Source: a virus. Taken from it: a stretch of DNA of 64,000 nt. The DNA is taken from IMG/VR virus record IMGVR_UViG_3300036766_000032, positions 1-64,000 of that record; one strand, 5' to 3'. Shown piece after piece: positions 1 through 9,589 of the stretch; position 1 is the stretch's first letter; each line of letters starts with the position of its first letter. The position numbers were made by a program, and so were the translations under genes. The notes beneath the pieces are model-generated. The model made no database searches. It was given only the letters and a program-made list of their open reading frames with translations, and was not told where the DNA came from.

Positions 1-44
1 CCCCCCAAACACTCCAACTGCCGATCAACCATCGAGAAGTCCTC

Positions 45-275
45 ATGACAACCCTGAACGAAGCATGGCTAGAGCTCGAGAACGTAGCTTTACAGAATGC
101 GACGATCCTGCGACGCTTAGAGGCGCAACGAGTCTTCTACGCGGGGGCGTCGGTTGTGCTCGGTGGACTGGTGCGCGCGGGGGAAGCCGAAGGGGGTGCA
201 GCGTTTGGTGAATTGCGCATGATGCTAGCCGAGTGCCGTGCGTTTTCCAAAGCTGTAGAAGAGGGGCGCGCTTGA
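45..275 (+). CDS. hypothetical phage protein
   Basis: 76-aa ORF with GAGAAG upstream; same strand as neighbouring small genes. Confidence 0.55.
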   Translation: MTTLNEAWLELENVALQNATILRRLEAQRVFYAGASVVLGGLVRAGEAEGGAAFGELRMMLAECRAFSKAVEEGRA

Positions 276-304
276 CGTACTTACCGAACCCGAGGAGAAG
301 CTGA

Positions 305-532
305 GTGTATAAGTGTAGACGGTGTCACAAGAAAACGAAAACCAGAGCCGAGCTGAAGTGCACTCGGTGCGACGAGACGCTGGCAGCGGAGGCTGGCACG
401 ACTCCGACGTGGACGACCGCTCATTATGAGATGGTCCCCGACCCGAAGGGATTCTCCGGAGGCGGGGGCAGCTTTGCAGGTGGTGGCGCAAGTGGGCGTT
501 GGGAAGACAGCGGTTCGAGCGGGGGAGATTGA
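305..532 (+). CDS. small Zn-ribbon protein with Gly-rich tail
   Basis: CRRC...CTRC pair; C-terminal FSGGGGSFAGGGASGRW; GAGGAG RBS. Confidence 0.5.
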   Translation: MYKCRRCHKKTKTRAELKCTRCDETLAAEAGTTPTWTTAHYEMVPDPKGFSGGGGSFAGGGASGRWEDSGSSGGD

Positions 533-535
533 CTG

Positions 536-1093
536 ATGTATGCTTACTATACGGAGGGCGGGAAAAAATGGAAGACTACGATGACTGACTTCAGAGAAGA
601 TCCCTCGGTGCAGGACTGGCTCAATAAAGAGATGGACAAGCAGTATCCGCAAGGCTCAGTGCTGCCCGAGGGTGGATTCGTCTCGTTCGCGGTAGGCTCC
701 GAGCGGGGGGTGGTCATGATGCGATTCCCATACCCTATCCGCTGGTTGGAATTCCCTCCAGAGGGCGTGATCCATGCGGCGTACACTCTGTTGAACCACG
801 CTAGGCGAGCGGGACACTCGGACGTCCCGGAGTTGAAACATCAGTTGAAGTGGCTCCCCTCTCCGTGCGTTCCCGGACTCTACTACTTCCATCCGCACGG
901 AGCTCCGACGGACCAGACGCAACTGGCACAGGTAGTTCCGACCAAGAGTTCGGGCCTGATTGCAGGCATCCTCGGCGTTCCGGGACTGCGTTCGTTGGGG
1001 GAGTTACTCGGTAACTGGTGGGGACCACTGCCGGAGCCTGTGGGGCCACCGCCGGAGTCGTCCAGAATATTCACGCCAAGGATAGTACGATAG
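536..1093 (+). CDS. hypothetical phage protein
   Basis: 185-aa ORF, GGGAG RBS, tightly packed. Confidence 0.55.
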   Translation: MYAYYTEGGKKWKTTMTDFREDPSVQDWLNKEMDKQYPQGSVLPEGGFVSFAVGSERGVVMMRFPYPIRWLEFPPEGVIHAAYTLLNHARRAGHSDVPELKHQLKWLPSPCVPGLYYFHPHGAPTDQTQLAQVVPTKSSGLIAGILGVPGLRSLGELLGNWWGPLPEPVGPPPESSRIFTPRIVR

Positions 1094-1147
1094 AACTGTG
1101 AAGCCCGCGCACAGTCAATCCTCGCGGGCACATAGGAGGTAGCAAAG

Positions 1148-1753
1148 ATGAGTGAACAAGACGCAGCGAAGTTAAGTGAGTACGACTTCATCGTGATGAT
1201 TGACAAGTCCGGGTCGATGAGCGAGCCAGACATGCCGGGCAAGCGGTCACGGTGGGATTACGTACAAGAGACCGCGATCGCGTTCTGTCGTGAAATCGAG
1301 AAAATCGACAGTGACGGTCTCGGGTTGGTCCTGTTCAGCGGCACGAACATCGTCAAGGAGGACGGAGTCAACACCGACAAGATCAAGGCTGTCTTCGCAG
1401 CGAACCGCCCCGGTGGCTCAACCCCACTAGCGGAAGCTCTGGAGGCCGCGTTCCAACTGGCGGGTAAGTCATCCAAGAAGGACTTCATCATCTGCTTTAC
1501 CGACGGCATCCCGGATGACGGGGCCAAAGTGGCACAGCTGATCAAGAGCCACGCGGCCAAACAGGACACCGACGACGCGTGCACGATCCTGTTCGTACAG
1601 GTAGGCTACGACGCAGGAGCTTCGAAGTATCTGAAGAGTCTGGACGACGACTTGACGGGAGCGAAGTTCGACATCGTGGATACCAAGACGATGTCCGAGG
1701 CGGAGAAGTTTTCATCGGTGGTCGACTTGATCATCACAGCCATTAACGACTGA
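1148..1753 (+). CDS. von Willebrand factor A (vWA) domain protein
   Basis: MIDAS DKSGS, GGSTPL and FTDG motifs; AGGAGGT RBS. Confidence 0.85.
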   Translation: MSEQDAAKLSEYDFIVMIDKSGSMSEPDMPGKRSRWDYVQETAIAFCREIEKIDSDGLGLVLFSGTNIVKEDGVNTDKIKAVFAANRPGGSTPLAEALEAAFQLAGKSSKKDFIICFTDGIPDDGAKVAQLIKSHAAKQDTDDACTILFVQVGYDAGASKYLKSLDDDLTGAKFDIVDTKTMSEAEKFSSVVDLIITAIND

Positions 1754-1764
1754 TAACCAGGAAT

Positions 1765-1790
1765 GAAGGGCGCTTCAGCGCTCTTCCTTT
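1765..1790 (+). terminator. probable intrinsic terminator
   Basis: GAAGGGCGC-TTCA-GCGCTCTTC stem-loop followed by CTTT, right after the vWA stop. Confidence 0.5.
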
Positions 1791-1802
1791 ACAGGAGCAG
1801 AC

Positions 1803-1940
1803 ATGATAGACCTTATTCTTTTAGCGTTCTTTCTCGGGGTGTACTATCTGGGATTCTGGTGCGGGAACAGATTCCACACGTTGACGGCGATGAAGGACGC
1901 CGTAGTGAAGTGGGTCGGCGACTGGAACCGTAGACCGTGA
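1803..1940 (+). CDS. small membrane protein (45 aa, not in ORF track)
   Basis: AGGAG RBS; MIDLILLAFFLGVYYLGFWCG hydrophobic N-terminus; stop overlaps next start (GTGA). Confidence 0.55.
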   Translation: MIDLILLAFFLGVYYLGFWCGNRFHTLTAMKDAVVKWVGDWNRRP

Positions 1941-2260
1941 TCCAGTTCGAGCGCAGAACAGTAGACCGCACGGATCTGATGGTGATTAAATACTTCTTCA
2001 TTCAGACCAATCGCGGGGAGGTGAAGGCGGTGAAGCTACGGGGTCTGCATGCACGCTGGACACTGGTAGTGGACGGCGTGCCCTACGGACCGGACGATCG
2101 AGTTCCGTGTACGCAGCTCGGGATGTCTGCACGCGGAATGGACGTAGCGGTTGTAGCGCGCCCCGCTGTGACGCTCGATCCGAGATTCGCTGCTCGCATG
2201 GTGCGAGCGTATTGCGACGCGCCAATTCGGCATGCGTATAGAAATCAACTGGAGTTCTAA
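1937..2260 (+). CDS. hypothetical phage protein
   Basis: 107-aa ORF translationally coupled to neighbours. Confidence 0.5.
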   Translation: MIQFERRTVDRTDLMVIKYFFIQTNRGEVKAVKLRGLHARWTLVVDGVPYGPDDRVPCTQLGMSARGMDVAVVARPAVTLDPRFAARMVRAYCDAPIRHAYRNQLEF

Positions 2261-2929
2261 GTGATGAAGATCAAGCATGTAACGAGCCAACACCGCAATG
2301 ACTTCACAGCGCTCATGGAGTGCGAGTACTGCGGAGGCACGCAGAACCTGCCACGCGGGTACGACGATGCGCACTATCACGACAAGGTGATCCCAGCGAT
2401 GACGTGCAACCACTGCGGGAAGGACCGCTCCGGAGCAGCGCCAATGTACGGCAATGACGGGACTGCACAAGCTGCGCGCGAGCTAGAGCTGTCCGTCATG
2501 CTGACGACCATGTACGCTGACCTTCCCGAGCAGGCTCTGAAGCTGGCGATGAATCCGGCACTGTCGGAGTTGGCGCGCGTGGAGCTGCTGGAGGAACTGG
2601 TAGGAGCCGCTCTGCGCAACGGAGCCGCTCGTCTGAGCGAGGCAGGATTCGCAGCGGAGCATGCGGCGCTTGTCAAGGGGTCGGAGGAGACGTACCAGAA
2701 TATGCGCGCCATGTGCAGAGCCAGCAGCGTCCCGGAGATACTGTTCGCGGACGGCGACGATGTCCTGACGTACCGCCCAGAATCGCCTGTCCGAGAAGCG
2801 TGCTTCATGCTCCGCCTTGGCGCGCGGCACAAGCGCACGGAAGGGGACGGGATGGTCTCTGTTGCGATCCACCCGCTGACACCGCTGCACGCCGCTCTAT
2901 ATGACCTGTACAGCCGGAGAAAGCCATGA
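2261..2929 (+). CDS. hypothetical protein with N-terminal Zn ribbon
   Basis: CEYC...CNHC motif; coupled to neighbours. Confidence 0.55.
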   Translation: MMKIKHVTSQHRNDFTALMECEYCGGTQNLPRGYDDAHYHDKVIPAMTCNHCGKDRSGAAPMYGNDGTAQAARELELSVMLTTMYADLPEQALKLAMNPALSELARVELLEELVGAALRNGAARLSEAGFAAEHAALVKGSEETYQNMRAMCRASSVPEILFADGDDVLTYRPESPVREACFMLRLGARHKRTEGDGMVSVAIHPLTPLHAALYDLYSRRKP

Positions 2930-3190
2930 GCATCACTCACGGTCAGGAAGAATCTAAGCGCATGCTGGAAGAGATAGCGAAGCACAGGGCTGATCTGGGT
3001 CCCGCAGAAGCAGACCTCATCGAGGACGCGTCTGAGGCGCTTCTAGTGGGGCTAAACTCACGCTCATGCAACGTGAATGGCTAGGGGAGATATGGGACCG
3101 CTTGAGACTGGGGAAGGTGCGATGACAGACGCTGGATGGGTAGCGGAGATCAGCAAGATGTACGGTCTAGGCCGGAAGATGAATTCGTAG
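2926..3190 (+). pseudogene. frameshifted/truncated duplicate of the two genes at 3199-3593
   Basis: MSITHGQEESKRMLEEIAKH matches MGVVHSQAESKRMLEKIMKH; after a frame change near 3047 it reads GAKLTLMQREWLGEIWDRLRLGKVR, matching GGRLTPKQREKIGEVWDRLRLGVVR; 3122-3190 MTDAGWVAEISKM resembles MTNDKWIDKINGM. Confidence 0.7.
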
Positions 3191-3198
3191 GAGACATA

Positions 3199-3399
3199 AT
3201 GGGCGTCGTGCACAGTCAAGCAGAATCTAAGCGTATGTTAGAGAAGATCATGAAGCATGGGTCGAACTTGAATGAGTGGGAGTACGACTTCGTCAACAGT
3301 GTTACCGAGGTGGTCAATGAAGGCGGTCGACTCACTCCCAAGCAGCGCGAGAAGATCGGAGAAGTCTGGGATCGACTACGCTTAGGAGTAGTGAGATGA
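3199..3399 (+). CDS. hypothetical phage protein
   Basis: AGGAGA RBS before ATG 3199 (track start 3136 is probably too long). Confidence 0.65.
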   Translation: MGVVHSQAESKRMLEKIMKHGSNLNEWEYDFVNSVTEVVNEGGRLTPKQREKIGEVWDRLRLGVVR

Positions 3400-3593
3400 C
3401 GAACGACAAGTGGATAGACAAGATTAATGGGATGTCCCACGTTGAGCTGGCGACGCTGTATAGGTTTGCCCCTGCGGGTCACCCGGAGTTCACGGCCGAT
3501 TCCCCGGTGTCCGCGACCTTCGAGAAGAGATTCAAGGAACTTGGTGGTATGACTCCGAGCGTATCAAAACAGGTAGGATGGGGCGAACAATGA
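3396..3593 (+). CDS. hypothetical phage protein
   Basis: AGGAG RBS, ATGA overlap with previous gene. Confidence 0.6.
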   Translation: MTNDKWIDKINGMSHVELATLYRFAPAGHPEFTADSPVSATFEKRFKELGGMTPSVSKQVGWGEQ

Positions 3594-4039
3594 AAAACAT
3601 AGGGGACTACGTGGATAAGGTCTTATGTGGGATCGCGAAACATGATTGGAGCCTTTTACCTCCTAAGGCGGACCACTGCAACCGGAAAGTTCGAGTGTGC
3701 CTCCGGTGCGGATCGCGGGAGTTCTTCGAGACCGACGCGTTCCATACGACTCCCGAAGGGGTGGACTGGATCCGGCTAAGACCTTCCGAGACCGTAGGGC
3801 AAGGACGAAGTTCGTGGGCGGCTCGTCAGTTGGATTCCATGGACGATGATTTGATAGATCCAGAATTCGAATTGACCCGGGCCTACATTCTCCGATGGAA
3901 TCGCCTGGTTAAAATAGAGAACGACCCGGGTCATATAAAGAAGATGATCCCCATGTGCGCGCTCGAACCCCATGAGTTCGTTCTCGGTCGCTGTCTGTGG
4001 TGCGGGAAAGACCCCCAGGCGGTAAGACGTGGGAGTTGA
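3590..4039 (+). CDS. Cys/His-rich hypothetical protein
   Basis: ATGA overlap; CLRC and CLWC motifs. Confidence 0.5.
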   Translation: MKNIGDYVDKVLCGIAKHDWSLLPPKADHCNRKVRVCLRCGSREFFETDAFHTTPEGVDWIRLRPSETVGQGRSSWAARQLDSMDDDLIDPEFELTRAYILRWNRLVKIENDPGHIKKMIPMCALEPHEFVLGRCLWCGKDPQAVRRGS

Positions 4040-4544
4040 CCGGAGGACCTTGGCGGTCCGGAGGCTGGTGGAGGTACTGTCCAGGAAGTATCAGTTCAAC
4101 CAGGACCAGGTCGAGTCTTACGTTCGAGGATTCACCGCCACTCGAACCAAAGACGCTCTGGGGGAAACATCCGTCGACGGGATTGAGGAGATCATCAGAT
4201 TTCACGGGGAGTTCGACCCCCGGGAGAAGTTATCTTCCCCAAGACCGAAAACTAAGGATGGTTTGAGAAGGGTCGTTGATGTTCCGGTCGGTTCCTCGGA
4301 CAAGGGGGTCAGGCCAGGACGCGTCGCTATCCCGAGGAGAGAATTCAGCATCTGGGTCCATGACCCCGAAGTTAAGTCTAAGTCCACGTTGATCGGGACC
4401 GTGAAGGCCAGGACGTTCAAGGAGTCGATAAGATTCCTAGCCAAGGAGGACCGCAAGTTCTCCCGGAGATTGGACTTCGAGACTCTGACCTACGAGGGGC
4501 GCGTACTGCACGACAACCCTACCGACGCCAAGAAGGATAAGTGA
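4029..4544 (+). CDS. hypothetical phage protein
   Basis: 171-aa ORF ending before an AT-rich promoter region. Confidence 0.5.
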   Translation: MGVDRRTLAVRRLVEVLSRKYQFNQDQVESYVRGFTATRTKDALGETSVDGIEEIIRFHGEFDPREKLSSPRPKTKDGLRRVVDVPVGSSDKGVRPGRVAIPRREFSIWVHDPEVKSKSTLIGTVKARTFKESIRFLAKEDRKFSRRLDFETLTYEGRVLHDNPTDAKKDK

Positions 4545-4592
4545 TCTGTGATCCTCGGTGTAAGTCCATGATTTTATTACCGGTTAAAGATG

Positions 4593-4631
4593 TTTACATT
4601 ACTCTTCTAATAGATGTATGATGGGGTCATC
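4593..4631 (+). promoter_or_regulatory. sigma70-like promoter
   Basis: TTTACA (4593-4598), 18 bp, TG-TATGAT (4617-4622), AT-rich upstream; same pattern recurs at 11985, 22471, 25211. Confidence 0.6.
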
Positions 4632-4654
4632 AAGTCAACCAGGAGAAGATTTCG

Positions 4655-5683
4655 ATGGCACACCAACTAGATATGAGTAATAACAGGACCAACATGGCAT
4701 TCGTTGGCAACCTCCCATGGCACGGGCTGGGCTTCCAGCTACGCCAAGGCGCCACGATCGAGGAGTGGACGCACGCTGCGGGCTTAGCGTGGAGCGCGGT
4801 CAAATCCACCGTGCGCTACGCTGCACAGGACGGGGACGCCACGCGGGTCCTGGACTTCCCGGACAAGGTCGTGGTGTTCCGCGACGACACGTTCAAGCCG
4901 TTGTCCGTGATGACCAAGAACTACAAGGTTCACCAGCCGAAGGATATTCTGGACATGTTCCGGGGATTGACCGAGTCGATGGGATTTGAGATGGAGACGG
5001 CGGGGTCACTATACGGCGGGCGCCGCATCTGGGCCCTGGCCAAGACCGGGAAGGACTTCAAACTTCCCGGAGGGGACGAGGTCCGCGGGTATCTTCTGGT
5101 GGCGACCAGTTACGACGGTTCACTCCGGACGATCGGGAAGTTCACTTCCATCCGAGTGGTGTGCAACAACACCCTGGGGTTCGCCATGGCCGACGGGGAG
5201 AAGAAGTCAGGTCTGACTCACATGCAAACGTTCAGCGCTAACAAGTTGAAGGATCAGCTCGGATTGGTCGATAAGAGTTGGGAACACTTCTCTGAGTTCG
5301 CGAAGGAGTCCGCCAAACTCCGTCCGACCAAGGACATGGTCGGAGAGTTCCTGGTCAAGGTGTTCGGAGACCCGAAGGCTACCGCGGACGACCAACCGAA
5401 GCGCGTGTTCAAGCAAGTGTGGGATGCCGTTACGAACTCCCCCGGAGCCGCGATGAAGTCGTCCGACGGGACAGCCTGGGGGTTGCTCAACGGTGTCACC
5501 TACTACGTCGACCACGTCATGGGTAACAAGCAGGACACGCGACTGGACTCGGCGTGGTTTGGTCGCGGGGAAGCGTACAAGTCGAAGTCGATGGTGATCA
5601 TCGACGAGTGGATGCGAGTGGACGCCAACGAACGCGAGCTGGTTCCGGCGGCTGCGGTGTCCGACATTTTTCCGAATCTATAG
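4655..5683 (+). CDS. DUF932 / phage-plasmid TIGR03299-like protein
   Basis: PWHGLG, ETAGSLYGGRRIWALA, SYDGS, IRVVCNNT, GTAWGLLNGVTYYVDH motifs. Confidence 0.85.
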   Translation: MAHQLDMSNNRTNMAFVGNLPWHGLGFQLRQGATIEEWTHAAGLAWSAVKSTVRYAAQDGDATRVLDFPDKVVVFRDDTFKPLSVMTKNYKVHQPKDILDMFRGLTESMGFEMETAGSLYGGRRIWALAKTGKDFKLPGGDEVRGYLLVATSYDGSLRTIGKFTSIRVVCNNTLGFAMADGEKKSGLTHMQTFSANKLKDQLGLVDKSWEHFSEFAKESAKLRPTKDMVGEFLVKVFGDPKATADDQPKRVFKQVWDAVTNSPGAAMKSSDGTAWGLLNGVTYYVDHVMGNKQDTRLDSAWFGRGEAYKSKSMVIIDEWMRVDANERELVPAAAVSDIFPNL

Positions 5684-5844
5684 AGGAGAATCCCTTGTTC
5701 GGTAAAGAAAAAGTTCTGCTGGATAGGAGCACGAAGCAACGCTGCCACGACTCCTGGAGGAGAGGAATACTCCAGGGATTTCTGCTCGTGATGTTCGTGG
5801 CGGGGGCCATGGTATATCTGATTAACCAACTGAGGTAGACTAAG

Positions 5845-6357
5845 GTGACTAGAGCGACGAAGCCCTCTCGAGGGGAAACTACGGTTAAGATTACTGACAT
5901 CAAGTTCAACAAGCCGAAGAAGAAACACGTGACGAAGTCTGGGCGTACTGAGTTACCTCCGGAGGTCCCCGTCGGAACCCTCGTTGACAGTCTCCGGAAG
6001 TTGGAGATGAAGAAGGATATTTACAAGGCCCGAATAAAGGAGGTCGAGGTCGAAATCAAGGTCATTGATGAAGAGATTGTCTCCCTCAAGGGAGTAATGT
6101 TTACCGAGTTCGCCAGGTCGGAGATCGACGGAGCGATCGGTAAGTTAGCGAGGGCCGAGGTCAAACGGGAGTTATTCCCCCAGGCGACGGACTGGGCGAG
6201 ATTCTATGAATACGTCAAGAAGAATGATGCGTTCCACCTCCTTCACAAACGGCTGTCGATTGACGCCTATCGTGAAGTCCGTGATTCTGGAGCAATAATC
6301 CCGGGACTCGTGGACTTCGTTAAGATGGACATCAAAGTCACGCCGATAAATAAATGA
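5845..6357 (+). CDS. conserved phage replication-module protein
   Basis: coiled-coil N-half; DWARFYEYVKKNDAFHLLHKRLS motif; located upstream of PolA. Confidence 0.55.
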   Translation: MTRATKPSRGETTVKITDIKFNKPKKKHVTKSGRTELPPEVPVGTLVDSLRKLEMKKDIYKARIKEVEVEIKVIDEEIVSLKGVMFTEFARSEIDGAIGKLARAEVKRELFPQATDWARFYEYVKKNDAFHLLHKRLSIDAYREVRDSGAIIPGLVDFVKMDIKVTPINK

Positions 6358-6614
6358 ACTACGAAGGTCTTACCGACGAAGAACTTATCTCGGCTGGGGG
6401 CCGATCCGTCGACCCCCTCGTCCTGGAATTGGTGAAGCGACTCTCCGCCAAAACCAGAACATCGACGAGACACTTTCAGAAAATGGTAGCCGATTACCGG
6501 ATCAATTTAAAGAGCAACCGGCGGGCTCGACCGAGCTCGTCATCAACCGAGGAGAAGAAAGATGCCCAGATCACCGAAGAAGACCGTGTTGAAGACCCCA
6601 GCCAAACCGGGTAA
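6354..6614 (+). CDS. hypothetical phage protein
   Basis: ATGA overlap with previous gene. Confidence 0.4.
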   Translation: MNYEGLTDEELISAGGRSVDPLVLELVKRLSAKTRTSTRHFQKMVADYRINLKSNRRARPSSSSTEEKKDAQITEEDRVEDPSQTG

Positions 6615-7407
6615 GACGGGGACCGCGATGGCGGTGTCACAGGGAGTCCAAGACAAATTACGCGTGCGTCTCCAGCAGGACGTCGAACGCGGCGTCCATG
6701 GGGAGAATAACAATATCTCAATCAGCACCCGCGGGTTCACGTTCAAGGGAAACGATCTCGGGTCCGAGTTGGCCATTGTGGTCGTCGACCAGGCCTATCT
6801 GAACGAATGGTATGATCGCCCGTACGACCCGGAGAATCCATCCACCCCGGCGTGCTTCTCGCTATCGTACAAAGGCCCCGTGGTAGATGAGATGATCCCT
6901 CATCCGGATTCCCCGTTGCCACAGGCGGATACCTGCAAGAACTGCGGGCACAACCAGTTCGGGTCGGCCAACACCGGGAAGGGTAAATCCTGTCGGAATC
7001 GTATCCGCCTGGCGCTCATCCCGGCGGACAACCTGCCCGGGGTTGCCACCGCTGAGATGGCGTTCCACTCGTGTGGAGTTAACAGCGCGCTCTCGTTCGA
7101 GACGTACCGGAAGTCTATCCAGCGACTGGACAAGGTCCCCGTCTGTGGAGTGGTGACGCGACTGTTCATCAACACGGACTTCGAGCAACCGGTGGCGGGA
7201 TTTGAGAAGCTCGGGAACATCGACGATGAGAAAATCATCGATTCGATCATGGATAGAACCGCCGAGGCGAACGGTCCCTTGATGCAACCGTATGACAAGT
7301 CGAATTGGACCGCATCCGAAGAAACCCCTAAGAAGTCGGGTCGGACCTCCAGCCGGGGTTCTCCTCCGAAAGGTCGTACCGGTAAAGCCAGCAAGTTCTC
7401 AAAATGA
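6562..7407 (+). CDS. conserved phage protein, possible ssDNA-binding/annealing protein
   Basis: PACFS...CKNCGHNQFGSANTGKGKSC motif; directly upstream of PolA; function inferred from position only. Confidence 0.5.
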   Translation: MPRSPKKTVLKTPAKPGKTGTAMAVSQGVQDKLRVRLQQDVERGVHGENNNISISTRGFTFKGNDLGSELAIVVVDQAYLNEWYDRPYDPENPSTPACFSLSYKGPVVDEMIPHPDSPLPQADTCKNCGHNQFGSANTGKGKSCRNRIRLALIPADNLPGVATAEMAFHSCGVNSALSFETYRKSIQRLDKVPVCGVVTRLFINTDFEQPVAGFEKLGNIDDEKIIDSIMDRTAEANGPLMQPYDKSNWTASEETPKKSGRTSSRGSPPKGRTGKASKFSK

Positions 7408-9233
7408 GTCCCCGACCGGTAGCGGTCGACTTTGAGACCAAGAAGATCGAGGACCGCCCGGAGTACCCCCCGGAGCCCGTCGGGGTAGCTATACGCGACG
7501 GCTCCGAGAAGGTGTACTTAGCTTGGGGGCATCCGGACGGGAACAACTGCACTAAGAGAGAAGCGATCGGGAAGATCAAGACTGCGTTCAAGGGCCCATG
7601 CGTTTTCCACAACGCCACGTTTGACGTTGAGGTAGCCGTTAGGAAACTAGGTCTCGACCCACCTAAGTCGGTCGACGATACTCTAGTGATGTCGTTCTTG
7701 GATGACCCAAGGTCCTTGTCGTTGGGACTCAAGGAGTGGGCCGCCGAGCATCTCAATATGCCGGCAGATGAACAGAATGAGCTCAAGCTCTGGATTCTGG
7801 AGAATGTCCCGGGGTCTAAAAAGAGCGACTGGGGCGCGTACATCTCGGAGGCCCCGGGAGGATTGGTGGGGAAGTACGCCATAGGGGATGTGGACCGCAC
7901 GCTCAAGGCGTACGACGTCCTTGAGAAGAGACTTAAGAAGGCGGGGATGCTTTCGGCGTACCAGCGCGAGATGGAGGTGATGCCGATCTTCATGACCATG
8001 TCTCGTGACGGGATCAAGGTAGCGGTCTCGAGATTGGCGAGGGACCTTAAGAAGGCGGAGCTCGAGATCGAATTTCTTCATCGAAGTATCTGTAGGGCCC
8101 TCAAGGTGAAGGACTTGAACCTTGATGCCCCGAACGATTTCGCGGACGCTCTTGAAAGCGCCGGTAAAGTCACCGAATGGGTGAAGACGGCGAAGGGAAA
8201 ACGTAGCGTCTCGAGAGAGAATCTACTGTCCTCGATCAACGACTCAAAATTGATGGACACCATCAACCGGCACGGGATGCTCTCAACGTGCGTGACAACG
8301 TTTTTCAGACCGTGGCTCGAGATTGCTAACAGAGCGGGGGGAAGAATCTACCCGACGTTCCACCAGACCCGTAACGCGGACAACACCCGGGGAACGCGAA
8401 CAGGTCGACCAAGCAGCACGAAGCCGAATCTTCTGAACGTTCCCAAGGATCCTTTCGACCCCGACAAGCCGTGGACGGCGAATCTACCAAACATGCGCGA
8501 CTACCTGGTCCCGGACGATGATTGCGTATTCCTGATACGGGACTACGATCAACAGGAACTTCGGATCCTGGCCCACTACGAAGATGGTCGACTACTCCAA
8601 GAGTACCTGGACGACCCGAGCTTGGACGTTCACAACTTCGTTCAGCGGATGATCCGAGAACTCACGGGGGTGACACTTGCCCGTAAGCCGGTGAAGATTC
8701 TGAACTTCGGCGTCATCTACGGAATGGGGATTCCTGGCATCTCTCGGAAGCTGGACATTGACGCCGACGAGGCTAAGCACTTCAAAGGACTACACTCGAA
8801 GGCTCTTCCGGGAGTCTCTGAGCTGGCCAAGTTGATCAAGTCCATCGTGAAATCCGGGGAGCCGATTCGGACGTGGGGTGGGAGGCTGTACTACGTCGAG
8901 GAGCCATTCATGAAGGACGGTAGACTCTGGACTTTCGACTATAAGATGTTGAACTACCTCATTCAGGGAAGCGCGGCGGACATCACGAAACAGGCGATGA
9001 TCAACATCTCAAAACGTTGTTCCGGTCGAACAGTCCTTCAAGTATATGATGAGGTCATTCAGTGCGTTCCAAAGGATGAAGTCGAGGTCCAGATGAAGGA
9101 GATGAGGGAAGCTATGTTTGACATCGAGGGGATCGATGTTCCCATGCTGTCGACGGGAGCTCTTGGGATAAAGAGTTGGGGGTCGGCTAAGAAATATCTC
9201 GACCCTAAAGACTGGTACCTGGGTCTCCGATGA
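7404..9233 (+). CDS. polA: family A DNA polymerase (3'-5' exonuclease + polymerase)
   Basis: Exo I DFET, FHNATFD, TRTGRPSS-PNLLN, motif A DYDQQELR, motif B RKPVKILNFGVIYG, IQGSAAD, motif C VYDE. Confidence 0.95.
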   Translation: MSPRPVAVDFETKKIEDRPEYPPEPVGVAIRDGSEKVYLAWGHPDGNNCTKREAIGKIKTAFKGPCVFHNATFDVEVAVRKLGLDPPKSVDDTLVMSFLDDPRSLSLGLKEWAAEHLNMPADEQNELKLWILENVPGSKKSDWGAYISEAPGGLVGKYAIGDVDRTLKAYDVLEKRLKKAGMLSAYQREMEVMPIFMTMSRDGIKVAVSRLARDLKKAELEIEFLHRSICRALKVKDLNLDAPNDFADALESAGKVTEWVKTAKGKRSVSRENLLSSINDSKLMDTINRHGMLSTCVTTFFRPWLEIANRAGGRIYPTFHQTRNADNTRGTRTGRPSSTKPNLLNVPKDPFDPDKPWTANLPNMRDYLVPDDDCVFLIRDYDQQELRILAHYEDGRLLQEYLDDPSLDVHNFVQRMIRELTGVTLARKPVKILNFGVIYGMGIPGISRKLDIDADEAKHFKGLHSKALPGVSELAKLIKSIVKSGEPIRTWGGRLYYVEEPFMKDGRLWTFDYKMLNYLIQGSAADITKQAMINISKRCSGRTVLQVYDEVIQCVPKDEVEVQMKEMREAMFDIEGIDVPMLSTGALGIKSWGSAKKYLDPKDWYLGLR

Positions 9234-9589
9234 ACAGGATAAAATCAAGAAGGACGGTCGGGGTAGAGCGCCTGGCCATCCGAATCCGGGAATTGCATAG
9301 GGAAGACTCGTTCGACCAGTACACCACGGTCGTCGTCAAGCATGGGTATCGATTGGCTCAAGCGTTCTTAGCGGTTAGAAAAGAAAGGTGGTTTGACTCT
9401 AAACTTAAACTTCCTAAGAAGAATCAAACTGTGGTAGTCTACACGGATAGGGGGGAGATGATGTTCGCTAAATTGGTAGGGTCAGAACCTTTGTGGGTAG
9501 TGGAGTACGAGGAGTCCACAATAACGTCAAACGTCCGATACTGGAAGATTAAACCCACCCCCCCTGGACCTTGGAAGGTAAGAAAATGA
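9230..9589 (+). CDS. hypothetical phage protein
   Basis: ATGA-coupled between PolA and the nuclease. Confidence 0.55.
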   Translation: MNRIKSRRTVGVERLAIRIRELHREDSFDQYTTVVVKHGYRLAQAFLAVRKERWFDSKLKLPKKNQTVVVYTDRGEMMFAKLVGSEPLWVVEYEESTITSNVRYWKIKPTPPGPWKVRK

